From assembly GCA_963726255.1 (NCBI GenBank), contig CAVSBL010000002.1, positions 2,299,726 through 2,363,725 of the forward strand: a stretch of 64,000 nt of DNA, read 5' to 3'. Made by a program: the position numbers and the translations under genes. Origin of the DNA: Candidatus Bathyarchaeota archaeon (GTDB taxonomy: Archaea; Thermoproteota; Bathyarchaeia; 40CM-2-53-6). The notes beneath the pieces are model-generated. The model did no database searches and was not told the DNA's origin. It was given only the letters and a program-made list of their open reading frames with translations. This document shows positions 40,018-50,499 of the stretch, in pieces. The number at the start of each line of letters is the position of its first letter. Within the stretch, counting starts at the first letter, position 1.

Positions 40018-40971
40018 GTGAGGACCAGAGTATTCTTCACGTCAGACGTGCATGGTTCTGAAGTTTGTTTTCTGAAGTTCCTTAATGCCGCCAAATTCTA
40101 TCAGGCTCAAGTTCTGATTCTGGGCGGAGATATCACCGGAAAAATGATTGTTCCGATAGTGCGACAGCCCGACGGAACGTTCACGTCAGAATTCCTAGGA
40201 ACACCACAGACTCTCAGGACCACGGACGAACGCGAGAGCTTAGAGAAGAATATTCGAAACAGCGGCTATTACCCTTACACTACAAATCCAGAAGAGACAC
40301 AGGCACTCTCGAACGATAAGAAACTGCTCGATGAGTTGTTCTCTCGAGTTATGGTCGAAGGGATTAGGCGTTGGGTTCACATAGCCGAGGAACGATTGAA
40401 AGGAACCAACGTGAAGTGTTACATAAGCCCCGGCAATGACGATCGACTCGACATTGATGACATATTGAAATCCTCACCCGTCGTGCTGTATCCCGAAGAC
40501 CAAGTTGTATCGATAGACGAGCACCACGAGATGATTACCACGGCGTGGACTAACCCAACTCCTTGGAAAAGTCCACGTGAAACTACGGAAGAGCGCCTAG
40601 CTCAAATGATAGAGTTGATGACAGGGAAAGTTCAGGGGATGGATTCCTGCATATTCAACCTTCATTGCCCTCCCTACGATACACCATTAGATGTCGCTCC
40701 GGAGCTCGATGAAAATCTCAAACCAAAGGTCAGCGGTGGCGGGGGCGTTAGTACGATACACGTCGGGAGTCTTGCAGTACGGCAAGCAATCGAGAAGAAC
40801 CAGCCACTTCTCGGAATTCATGGACACATACACGAGTCTCGAGGTTTCGCAAAGATAGGGCGGACCCTTTGCTTAAACCCGGGAAGTGAATACTCTGAAG
40901 GGATTCTGCGCGGCGCCATAATAAATCTCGACGAGAAGGGCGTCAGAAGCTACCAGCTTATACAGGGATAA
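40018..40971 (+). CDS. Calcineurin-like metallophosphoesterase, copy B
   Basis: DVHGS, GGDITGK, GNDD, NLHCPP, GHIHES and NPGSEY motifs; clear paralog of 31006-31977. Confidence 0.88.
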   Translation: MRTRVFFTSDVHGSEVCFLKFLNAAKFYQAQVLILGGDITGKMIVPIVRQPDGTFTSEFLGTPQTLRTTDERESLEKNIRNSGYYPYTTNPEETQALSNDKKLLDELFSRVMVEGIRRWVHIAEERLKGTNVKCYISPGNDDRLDIDDILKSSPVVLYPEDQVVSIDEHHEMITTAWTNPTPWKSPRETTEERLAQMIELMTGKVQGMDSCIFNLHCPPYDTPLDVAPELDENLKPKVSGGGGVSTIHVGSLAVRQAIEKNQPLLGIHGHIHESRGFAKIGRTLCLNPGSEYSEGILRGAIINLDEKGVRSYQLIQG

Positions 40972-41142
40972 CGAAAACAGTTTACTGTACATTACCGTTG
41001 ATCAGCCACGGCCTGACTAGGTCGTCGATGCCTTAGACTGAAGTTCATCGCAGCGTGAAGTAGGTACCGTCTCGAAGAACAGGGTGTACTCTAACGCTAA
41101 CGAAGATTCCTCGATATCGAGAGTGTTGTTATTGCTCGCGAT

Positions 41143-42753
41143 CTACTCTGGAGGTAGTTCCTTGAATGACAGCGATAGGTCGATTCCCTTGCTCTTTTGG
41201 TATGCTACGGAGATGAAGTAGACAACGAAGCCAACAACTATGATCCCTAGCCCAATAATCATGCCCGTCACAGTCAACGAAGTAATGAGCGGATTGGTGT
41301 AAGCAACGTAGCCCATGTAACCGTACGAAACTGCGGCTATTGCTCCAAGAATGCTGAGCACTGGAACTCCTGCAATTCTCTTGCCCATGAAAGCCGGTGC
41401 ATGTGCAAGAAGTTCTTTCTTCTTGTATGGGAGGATTACCGCAGCCGCAGACGGAACCACATAGGAAATCACCCATAGAAAAGTGCCAAGAGCAAACGCG
41501 TTCGACCACCCAGCATATGCAGTCAGCCCTAGCAACACTACGGCCAGTACGACGATTCCCGCTATCGAATAGTTAGGTGAATGGAATCGATCACTGACAC
41601 TCGCGAATTTTGATGGAAGAATGCGGTCAAATGACCATGCGAAGAAGTATCTACTGGGTACCCAAAAGTAGACGAAGAGCGCCTGAAGCGACCCAATAAG
41701 CCATGTGAAGAAAACTATTGCGATTAACAACGAGTTCGGGTAAGCGAGTATTGATAGGAAAAGAGGCAGGGAAGGCGGAAAAGGTAGGTTATACGCTGCC
41801 GGCTGCACTTCCCAGATGTACGCCAAAGCACGAAGCCAATCACCACCAACTGCGCTTAATTCGAGATATCCACCGACGGCCCAGAAGACTACCCCTAGCA
41901 CGAGCGAGAGGAATAGGGCGATGGGCACCGCCTTCTTGATTCCCTTGACTTCACCCAGAATGACATTTCCACCGTAGTTCCCCCCGAACATAAAGAGCGC
42001 CGCCAGCGGTAAAGATGCGATTACTGCACCGAACGTCTGGGGTGTCGGCGTCCAGCCAGCACTCTTAGCCGTATCCGCTATGGCTTGGTACGTAGGATAA
42101 CCTGTCATCACTGAGTTCCACTTGGCAGCAAAGATTGCTGGAGTCGTAGAGCCTAACATCCACCACGTAACGCCGACGCCTACCAACGCTACAACCCAAG
42201 AAACATAAATCAAACCCTTGATAAACCGCGAGCCCAAAATCGCGAAAACAGCAAAAACTACCGTAAGAAATACCGAGAAGAAAAACGATCCATTGGACGA
42301 GCTGAGAAAAATGCCGATGTTGGAAAGCGAGGGCGAATTGTAGAGCATTCCCCAGATAGTGAACCCGCTTGAAAGAAGATAAGTGAACGGAAAACAAATC
42401 GAAACGTAAGAAGCTGTGAATACCACGAACATGTAAAACAGCGACCAAGCAAATCCGACCGCCGGGTGAATGATTCGACTGACCCACACATAATCAGATC
42501 CTGACCGGGGCATTATGACACCAATACCCCAGTAGACAAGCAAGAGGAATGCGAAGGGGATGGCAGCTATCGGAAGGGCCAGGCTAAGGTCTGAGCCCGG
42601 GTTGAACCCATAGAACCAGGCAAATTGCGTAACCATGTAAGTAAGTGCCCAGATCATGGAAGTTGCAATTAGGACGACGTCGAACGCGCCGTATCCTTTC
42701 ACGAAACCTGTTGCGTCTCTGACAAAAAGTGACTTTGACTTCAACCAAGCCAC
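41143..42753 (-). CDS. APC family amino acid permease, copy B
   Basis: LFVRDATGFVK, MPRSGSDYV, C-terminus GIDLSLSFKELPPE. Confidence 0.88.
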   Translation of the reverse strand: MAWLKSKSLFVRDATGFVKGYGAFDVVLIATSMIWALTYMVTQFAWFYGFNPGSDLSLALPIAAIPFAFLLLVYWGIGVIMPRSGSDYVWVSRIIHPAVGFAWSLFYMFVVFTASYVSICFPFTYLLSSGFTIWGMLYNSPSLSNIGIFLSSSNGSFFFSVFLTVVFAVFAILGSRFIKGLIYVSWVVALVGVGVTWWMLGSTTPAIFAAKWNSVMTGYPTYQAIADTAKSAGWTPTPQTFGAVIASLPLAALFMFGGNYGGNVILGEVKGIKKAVPIALFLSLVLGVVFWAVGGYLELSAVGGDWLRALAYIWEVQPAAYNLPFPPSLPLFLSILAYPNSLLIAIVFFTWLIGSLQALFVYFWVPSRYFFAWSFDRILPSKFASVSDRFHSPNYSIAGIVVLAVVLLGLTAYAGWSNAFALGTFLWVISYVVPSAAAVILPYKKKELLAHAPAFMGKRIAGVPVLSILGAIAAVSYGYMGYVAYTNPLITSLTVTGMIIGLGIIVVGFVVYFISVAYQKSKGIDLSLSFKELPPE

Positions 42754-42787
42754 CGGCGCAACTTCGCCTTGTCCAAATATTTAACGC

Positions 42788-42815
42788 AACAGTATGAACA
42801 GTATGAACAACATTG
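42788..42815. repeat. Direct repeat AACAGTATG x2 plus a degenerate third copy upstream of permease B
   Basis: aacagtatg-aacagtatg-aacaacattg next to the minus-strand TATA-like TTAAATA. Confidence 0.6.
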
Positions 42816-42834
42816 ACCCAGCCGAACCAATCTT

Positions 42835-44094
42835 TCACTCGTTCGCTAACCGAAGCACTGCTGTTCCAACGACATCAGCCACAGCCTTCAGGTCATTCGG
42901 ATTGACTCGGTCGTACGTATCGTCTGTGGTATGATAACACGGATCATCTGGTTTCCAAAGCCACGCTGATGGAACCCCGGCTTTGAGGAACCGCCCCTCG
43001 TCGCTCGTCCCAATGGTACACACACCGTACCCAATACTGTAGCCTAGAGGTCGTGCCGCATCATGCAACAATCTGTTCAGCCGTTTATCAGTTCTGATTC
43101 TTGGTCTATCCGGCCAAGATCCTTGAGTGATTATCTTAATCTGGCTTCCAACCCCGATCATGTCGACATTTATGAGCCCATCAATTCGGCGCAGCTCTGA
43201 AGCGTGCGCCTTGCAGTAGTGTTGCGATCCTAACTGGCCGTAGACCTCTTCGGCTCCAAGGGATACCAGCTCAACGCTGCGCGCCATCTGATGTTTCGCG
43301 AGAACCCTAGCGAGTTCCAAAAGAACAGCTGTGCCTGAACCATTGTCGTTGGCTCCAGGCGTGTTGGCGCTATCTCTATGGGCAGTGATGAGAATCTTTC
43401 GATTGCTTTTTCCTCTGCCTTTCATAAGGCCCCGAACATTTCGAGTAACTAGCATTTTAGAAAACACGTTTACTTTGAGACGCGCCACGACACTTCTATT
43501 CTTCATCGCTTGCAGTAAACGGTGACCGTCGTCTCGAGTAATTCCCACGACCGGGATATTTCGCGGCTTGATTGCACGGAACCGTCTCGCGCTGTTGAAA
43601 AGGCCTGTTTCCATAGTCCCGGTAAAGATACACGGGTTGACGTCGATGACAACTAGGGCGTGTGCGCCTCTCTTAGAGGCGAGAGAGGCTTCGTCCCAGT
43701 AGGAGTCTTTGTCTGCAGGTCTGTCAATCAAAACAATCCTATGTCTGACGTCAACACCGTTGTAGTTCGAGCGTTTTCCCTGACCAACGTAGGCAAGTTC
43801 ACTTTCGATACCTCGTGGTGAGGTTGAACAAGTGTAAAGCATCGCTCTAGCTTTCAACCCCCGCTTTACAGGACTAATAATCTCCAACGTGGTGCTTTTT
43901 TCTTGGAACGATAAGGCCCTGAATCTATCGCATCTTACCTCCAAACCTGCGTGCTTGAAAATTCTTACGATGTATTCTATCGCACGCTTGTCGCCTTCCG
44001 TCCCGGCAATCCTTGAGGGTGTTGACGTAAGCTTTTTCACATCTGCAAACGCCCTCTCGGCGCGAGCGTGAACAATTGGTTCGAATCGGCTCAA
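42835..44094 (-). CDS. M28 family aminopeptidase with PA domain
   Basis: AHRDS, GANDNGSG, GAEE, NVDM and YHT motifs. Confidence 0.88.
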   Translation of the reverse strand: MSRFEPIVHARAERAFADVKKLTSTPSRIAGTEGDKRAIEYIVRIFKHAGLEVRCDRFRALSFQEKSTTLEIISPVKRGLKARAMLYTCSTSPRGIESELAYVGQGKRSNYNGVDVRHRIVLIDRPADKDSYWDEASLASKRGAHALVVIDVNPCIFTGTMETGLFNSARRFRAIKPRNIPVVGITRDDGHRLLQAMKNRSVVARLKVNVFSKMLVTRNVRGLMKGRGKSNRKILITAHRDSANTPGANDNGSGTAVLLELARVLAKHQMARSVELVSLGAEEVYGQLGSQHYCKAHASELRRIDGLINVDMIGVGSQIKIITQGSWPDRPRIRTDKRLNRLLHDAARPLGYSIGYGVCTIGTSDEGRFLKAGVPSAWLWKPDDPCYHTTDDTYDRVNPNDLKAVADVVGTAVLRLANE

Positions 44095-44225
44095 TCTTTA
44101 CCTCGAGTCATTCCTACGACACTTTCAATTAAGCTTGGGATATTCTACCTGAAAATGAAAACGAGTAATACGGACTGACGAAACGTAGATTAACTGTCGC
44201 GATAAAATCAAAATTGGTGTTTATT

Positions 44226-45341
44226 ATGCAAACGCGCTCGTTGGATTTCTGTGGTAGGTTCCTATTCGGAGATAACGTCGTTGATCAGGTCGGAGACATG
44301 TGTCAGAAGCTGGGAATCGCCAAAGGAAGTGCGGTGATAGTTTGTGATTCCGTCACTTGGGAAATCGCAGGAAAGAGAATCTCCGAATCACTGGGCGCGA
44401 ATGGATTCGAAACAATCGCGAAAAACATGGTCGAAAAGGGCGCGATTCGGGAAGAAGTTGACAAAGCTCGAGACGTGATCAAGTCGAGCAAATCGGCTGT
44501 GGTTTTCGGGGTCGGGGGAGGAGTCAACATCGATATCGCAAAAGCCTCCGCCTTTTTGGAGGGCGCGAGATGGATAACGGTTCCGACGATTTTCGCAGCA
44601 GATGCGATGACTGGAATTAACGCGACTTTCAGGGGAGAGGAGAAGGGCATCGATGGTAAGTCCCACCAGGGCGACTATGACTTTCGTGTGGGTCCCCCGT
44701 TAGCATGCGTTGTCGACACAGAAATTATTAGGAGCGCTCCGTGGAGATTTCAAGCGGCTGGTTTTGCTGACTACATAGCTAAGGCATGCGCAATTGAAGA
44801 CTGGAAGCTTGCTTATTCACAGAAGATGACTGACCACTACAGTGAATATGGCGTAGCCCTCGCCAAAGCTCAAGTCGACTATCTAATTCAAAATGCTTCA
44901 AGAATCAGGAAAATGGAGAGGCCCCCATTTGAAGCGTTTCTAAAGGCTCTAATGAACGACGGGTTCCTAACCCAAATGTCAGGAGACTCACGAATACTCT
45001 TCGGCAGCGAACACGTGGTCGGTCAGGCATTGATGGAGGAGCCGAGCAGGACGAAGTCTCTTCACGGAGAACAAATTGCAATCGGAACGATAATTATGTC
45101 TCGACTCCAGGGAATCGACTGGAAAACATTGAAGAAATCACTTGAAGAAATCGGCGCACCAACTACTTCTGCGGCTATCGAATTAGATGCGGATGCAATC
45201 GTAAGAGCGGTAATGAGAAGCCCAGTAATCAACAAGTCATGGATGCATGACAGACCGGATTTCTACACCATACTCATGCACAAGGAGCTTAGCGAACAGG
45301 GCGTAAGGAGAATCGCAAAGGAAACTGGAGTCATTGAATAA
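44226..45341 (+). CDS. Glycerol-1-phosphate dehydrogenase (EgsA)-like paralog
   Basis: GVGGGVNIDIAK, VPT, GSEH and LHGEQ motifs; DHQ-synthase-like/Fe-ADH family. Confidence 0.75.
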   Translation: MQTRSLDFCGRFLFGDNVVDQVGDMCQKLGIAKGSAVIVCDSVTWEIAGKRISESLGANGFETIAKNMVEKGAIREEVDKARDVIKSSKSAVVFGVGGGVNIDIAKASAFLEGARWITVPTIFAADAMTGINATFRGEEKGIDGKSHQGDYDFRVGPPLACVVDTEIIRSAPWRFQAAGFADYIAKACAIEDWKLAYSQKMTDHYSEYGVALAKAQVDYLIQNASRIRKMERPPFEAFLKALMNDGFLTQMSGDSRILFGSEHVVGQALMEEPSRTKSLHGEQIAIGTIIMSRLQGIDWKTLKKSLEEIGAPTTSAAIELDADAIVRAVMRSPVINKSWMHDRPDFYTILMHKELSEQGVRRIAKETGVIE

Positions 45342-45386
45342 CCTTATGCGTTTGCGGCGTCTTTCTCGTGTCTTGAGGAGGCTTCT

Positions 45387-46187
45387 ATGAAGCTAGGTGA
45401 TAGAGTCGCTATCGTAACGGGAGCTGCGCGAGGCATTGGAGCCGGCATAGCCCGAGTATTAGCTGAGAATGGTGCCAACGTTATCCTAACGGATCTGTTG
45501 AAAGAAGTTGCGCAAACTGCGAGCGCGATGCAAAGTCAAGGTTACACTGCTCAGTCGTACACGATGGATGTCACGAATTCCCATCAGGTAAACCAAGTCG
45601 TTTCAGAGGTTCTTATAAAATATCGAAAAATAGACATTCTCGTCAACAATGCAGGTATCTATCCACGATGTAACCTAACTGAGATGTCTGATGAATTCCT
45701 ACAAAAAATGTTTGACATCAACGTTTTTGGCATGTTCAGATGCACGCGAGCGATTCTCCCAGGCATGCTTCAGAGGAAATATGGAAAGATACTGAACATG
45801 TCTTCCGTAACAGGTCCCTTTGTCGCAGACGCGAGTGGAGGCCAGACAGCCTATGCATCCTCGAAATCGGCCGTATGGGGATTCACCACCGCTTTAGCAC
45901 TTGAAACTGCCCAATATGGCATCAACGTCAACTGCCTTTGCCCAGGCCATATCGACACGCCTGGAGGAGAAGATCAAACAAAAACAGATTCGAAATTTCC
46001 AGATCGAACCCTTGCTGATCTGGGGCGGACTGTCCCACAAGGAAGGATGGGAACACCAGAAGAGGTCGGTAGATTAGCACTATTCCTAGTTTCTGATGAT
46101 GCTGCGTACATCACAGGCACTCACGTTGTCATTGACGGTGGCAACATAATTCAGGAAACGTACCGAGGCCCGTACATTCCAAAGTAA
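45387..46187 (+). CDS. Classical SDR oxidoreductase
   Basis: TGAARGIG, NNAG and YASSK motifs. Confidence 0.92.
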   Translation: MKLGDRVAIVTGAARGIGAGIARVLAENGANVILTDLLKEVAQTASAMQSQGYTAQSYTMDVTNSHQVNQVVSEVLIKYRKIDILVNNAGIYPRCNLTEMSDEFLQKMFDINVFGMFRCTRAILPGMLQRKYGKILNMSSVTGPFVADASGGQTAYASSKSAVWGFTTALALETAQYGINVNCLCPGHIDTPGGEDQTKTDSKFPDRTLADLGRTVPQGRMGTPEEVGRLALFLVSDDAAYITGTHVVIDGGNIIQETYRGPYIPK

Positions 46188-46405
46188 AGGTTCTCAAAAG
46201 AACAACAGCGTGTACAGCTCTCTGGCATAACTAATCCAGCCCGAGATAACGCGATTGAATCATTCCTTATAGAGAAGCAAGCTATGCGTTGAATTATCAC
46301 CGTTTTCAGATAACCAACCACTGATCAGCTTAGAAGTTATCATCTTAAAGACTGAAGAACAAACGATATTTCGCGAAGATCTTAGCGAGTCCTAGGCTAA
46401 ACATC

Positions 46406-47791
46406 TTGACTACCCATCCGTATATCCCAAATAGTGTCCCAGAAATCAAACGCAAAATGCTGAGTGAGCTGGGATTCAATGATGTCGAACAATTGTTCAA
46501 GGTCATTCCAGAAAGGTTGCGATTCAAGGGCTCGTTAGGTTTACCAGCAAGGCCCATGTCCGAATTCGAAGTAAGACGCCGCGTTGAGGCTACTCTTTCT
46601 AAGAATAAGAGTCGTCTTGAAATGCGCAGCTTCGTAGGGGCAGGATGTTGGCAACATTGGATTCCGGCCGCCTGCGATGAGATCAATGCAAGGTCTGAAT
46701 TTCTAACAGCCTATGCCGGCGATGCATATTCCGACCTGGGAAGATACCAGGCCATATTCGAGTTTCAGAGCATGATTGGCCAACTGGTCGACATGGACGC
46801 TGTCATGTTTCCACTTTATGATTGGCCGACGGCGTCAGGAGATGCTATTCGCATGGCCGTGACCGTCACAGGTAGGAAGGAGGTTCTGTATCCAAAGAGC
46901 CTAAGCCCTGAAAGGCTTGCGATAATGAAATCTCTGAGCGGGTCGATAGCCAATTTCCGACCAATCGCATATGATCCAGTTACAGGTCAAATTGACATCG
47001 GCAGTCTGAAACACATTATTTCCGATCGTACTGCAGCCGTGTATTTGGAGAATCCAAACTATCTTGGCCCCATTGAATCTGAGGCTGAAGAGGTAGGCAA
47101 GGTCGCTCACGATCGCGGCGCATTGTTTGTTGTAGGCACGGAACCTATCTCACTCGGCGTGATAACTCCACCCGGCGAATACGGCGCGGACATCGTGACT
47201 GGAGAAGGTCAACCGTTAGGCATACACCCTTTCTACGGTGGCGCACTTGTAGGGTTCCTTGCCTTCCGAGACGAGGAAAGGTTCGCAATCGCGACGGGGC
47301 ACAGGCTCGTCACCATAACGGAGACAGAGCGTGAAGGACAGTGGGGCTTCACTCAGATCCTGCCGGAAAGAACGATGTATGCCGCCCGGGACAAGTCGGT
47401 GACGTTCACAGGAACCGCAACCGCCCTTTGGGCAATAACGGCCGCTGCGTATCTCTCACTTCTGGGCCCTGAGGGAATCAGGGAACTGGCAACCACCATC
47501 ATGCAGAAGGCGAAGTACGCCATGACAAAACTCTCAGAGATCCAAGGCATCAAGACGCCCATTTTCCATTCGCCACACTTCGAGGAGTTCACCATAAACT
47601 TCGATGCGACGAAGAAGACCGCTGCCAAGGTAAACAAATTCCTTCTGGAACGGGGCATCCAGGGAGGAAAATCATTGGAAAATGAATTTCCTGAACTAGG
47701 CAATACCGCCCTATGTTGCGTCACCGAGGTCCACTCGAAATCTGACATCGACGATCTCGTTCAAGGTATTGAGGAGGCAGTCGCCAAATGA
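46406..47791 (+). CDS. gcvPA: Glycine cleavage P protein subunit 1-like
   Basis: HPYIPNS, RSEFLTAY, QAIFEFQS and GEGQPLG motifs. Confidence 0.85.
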   Translation: MTTHPYIPNSVPEIKRKMLSELGFNDVEQLFKVIPERLRFKGSLGLPARPMSEFEVRRRVEATLSKNKSRLEMRSFVGAGCWQHWIPAACDEINARSEFLTAYAGDAYSDLGRYQAIFEFQSMIGQLVDMDAVMFPLYDWPTASGDAIRMAVTVTGRKEVLYPKSLSPERLAIMKSLSGSIANFRPIAYDPVTGQIDIGSLKHIISDRTAAVYLENPNYLGPIESEAEEVGKVAHDRGALFVVGTEPISLGVITPPGEYGADIVTGEGQPLGIHPFYGGALVGFLAFRDEERFAIATGHRLVTITETEREGQWGFTQILPERTMYAARDKSVTFTGTATALWAITAAAYLSLLGPEGIRELATTIMQKAKYAMTKLSEIQGIKTPIFHSPHFEEFTINFDATKKTAAKVNKFLLERGIQGGKSLENEFPELGNTALCCVTEVHSKSDIDDLVQGIEEAVAK

Positions 47792-49343
47792 CAACAGCAA
47801 CAGAATACCACGCAGTTTCATGGAACGAACCTATAGTATACGAACTTTCACGGAAAGGAAGACGAGCGTCGATAATTCCAGGCGTTGAATCCGAGATACA
47901 AACAGAGGTGGGGACCGAACTGCAAATCCCTGTTCAGATGCGAAGAAAGAAAGCGCCAAACCTACCAGAACTATCTGAACCCCAAGTCATTCGACACTAC
48001 CTGCGTCTATCCCAGCAAACCTTCGGAGTCGACTCGGGTATTCACATACACGGAACCTGTACAATGAAATACAACCCGAAAATCAATGAGGCGATTGCAA
48101 GATCCCCGAAAGCCGCTGACATTCATCCACTCCAAAGCGAAGAAACAGTGCAAGGGACACTGGAGATAATGTTTCAACTAAAGAGGTGGCTTTGTCAGAT
48201 TTCAGGAATGGACGATTTTTCTCTTCAACCCCGGGGGGAGCTCACGCAGTACTTACCAACGCACTAATGGTCCGCGCCTATCACAAATCCAAAGGAGAAG
48301 GTGAGCAGAGGAATGAGGTTATCACTACCATTCACTCGCACCCATGTAACGGCGGTTCGGCCGCGGTAGCCGGCTTCAAGGTCATAACATTGTATCCCGA
48401 TCAAGACACGGGATGCCCAGACATAGAGGCCTTGAAGGCTGCAGTTTCCAAGAACACTGCCGCGCTTATGGTGACCGACCCCTACGACACGGGAGTCTTT
48501 GACGCGAAAATCGATGAGTACATCAAGATTATTCACGAGGTGGGCGGTTTAGTGGCTGTCGATCAGGCAAATGCGAATTCGCTTCTCGGAAAACTTAGGA
48601 TAGGCGACGTTGGTGCCGATCTTTGTCACTTCAATCTCCACAAAACATTCTCGGCTCCGCATGGCTCAACTGGGCCTGGCAGCGCACCCGTGGGAGTTAA
48701 GGCCCATCTGGCAAAGTTCTTGCCTGTGCCAACCGTTGAGTTTGACGGAAGCAAATACTATCTCGACTACAACAGGCCAGAAAGCATCGGCAAAGTAGGG
48801 CAATTCTTCGGTGTTGTGCCAAACATTCTGAAAGCTTACACGTGGATAATGAGTATGGGTGAAGAAGGCTTGCGTGAAACTTCTGAGATCGCTGTCCTGA
48901 ACAACAATTACTTGATCAAGAAGCTGAGCGAGGTGAAGGGTGTTACGCTACCTTGGGCAGAGAATCAACCTCTGCGGTTGCAGGAAGCACGTTTCAGCCT
49001 GGGCAAGCTGAAGGAAGAGACCGGTATAGGGGTCAACGATCTGAACCATAGGATAATCGATTTCGGCATACAAGATTCCGAGACCAGTCATGAACCATGG
49101 TTCATCCCCGAACCATTAACACCAGAGCCTCCTGAAAGCACTTCCATGGAAGATATCGACACCTTCGTTCGAACCATTGACGCGGTTTGTAAGGAATCAT
49201 ACTCAAACCCGGAGATCGTGAGAAGTGCGCCTCACCGCGCTTCAATAGCCAAAATGGATTTGACGCCGTCGTCGGATCCTAGCAAATGGGCTATGACATG
49301 GCGAGTCTATGTCAGGAAACATCGCCATTCAGAAACGGTCTGA
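47788..49343 (+). CDS. gcvPB: Glycine cleavage P protein subunit 2-like (frameshift in G-run near 48235)
   Basis: GTCTMKYNPK and NLHKTF (PLP Lys) motifs; adding one G to CCGGGGGGAG restores QPRGGAHAV. Confidence 0.85.
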
Positions 49344-49556
49344 AACCGTCGTGAATTGCAGGATTGTTCAGAAACTCGTCCCTTTTCCTAACTTTCTTGG
49401 CGAGAGTTTGCATGCAATCATTTCTTACGAGTATACGGCCCAATAATCTTGCAGGTGTGTGTAGCCGCGGTATTACGATTGGATATGTTCCGAGAATTAA
49501 ACGCTATCCGTAATCCTATCTTCTTTCCTTACTCATGCAATCCCGAGTTGGCCGTT

Positions 49557-50351
49557 TCAAAGGTCATCAGCTGCAGGAACGGTTGACCGGTCTTTACTTA
49601 CGAATTGCCAATCCACGACTTCCACATCTGATTCAGGAAGCTCGTACCATCGCTTCCGTTCGCCTATGCGAGCCCTCAACTTCCAACGCGAGGTTTTAGG
49701 AATGGTTTCTATCATGTTCTGCAAGTCTCGGAGGCGAATACTAACAACCTTCGCTGCTTCGGGGTCCAACTCATACCGAGAAACCTCCGAGAGAATATTA
49801 GCGATGTTAACGGTAAGTGTCTTGTAGATACCCCAATCGTTGGCACAGAGCGACGCGATATAGGTTCCATTGATGATTTCAGGAGCGTCCGTGTCACCAA
49901 CTTCATGATCGTGAACCAGAGCGATGATGTCCTTGTACTCACGCTCTGTTATTTCAACAACCTGTAGCTTGGTGACAAGTAGATCGGCGAGTGGAATCGT
50001 GAATTTATCTAGCCTTAAGCGATCCTTCAAGTCCAACTTGTGACACATCTCAAAGACATCCAGGAAAATGTCAATTCGTCGATGATGCTCCAGGTCGTTA
50101 AAGATTAGGCGCTTGTCGCCCTGGAGAGCGTTGAAGATCTCGCGAGGGGCGTATTCGAGCTCGATGAAGAGCTTTTTGATACCACGAGTTTGGTCCCTAG
50201 GGCCCATGAAATCTATGTCGGCGTATTCTCGGACCAAAGCTCTGTGAGTGGCGCTTGGACAATGGAAGCGCACCGCAAACCCGCCGAATAGCCTTAGTAT
50301 TATCTTGTGATTGTCAGCAGCATCAAAGATTCGCTTTGTTTCATTCATCAT
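49557..50351 (-). CDS. Nucleotidyltransferase-fold protein, copy B
   Basis: GGFAVRFH...DIDFMG...RIDIF; WKLRARIGERKRWYELPE; paralog of 30260-30970. Confidence 0.78.
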   Translation of the reverse strand: MMNETKRIFDAADNHKIILRLFGGFAVRFHCPSATHRALVREYADIDFMGPRDQTRGIKKLFIELEYAPREIFNALQGDKRLIFNDLEHHRRIDIFLDVFEMCHKLDLKDRLRLDKFTIPLADLLVTKLQVVEITEREYKDIIALVHDHEVGDTDAPEIINGTYIASLCANDWGIYKTLTVNIANILSEVSRYELDPEAAKVVSIRLRDLQNMIETIPKTSRWKLRARIGERKRWYELPESDVEVVDWQFVSKDRSTVPAADDL

Positions 50352-50499
50352 GTCTTTGAGGGGCGTTCGAAACTCACCCTTGCGAACAAACTTGTTGCTC
50401 GTGTAACGAGACTCGGTAATTTAAGATACAGGGTTCAAAGTTTCGTTTGTTGGCCAAGATTGACAGTTCACTCTGTCACCGGGCATTCATGCTCATTTT

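Noticed and set aside
48231-48240. Programmed frameshift or phase variation in the gcvPB G-run
   Set aside because: Fits the pattern of homopolymer indels in the distal window; no stimulatory signal seen.
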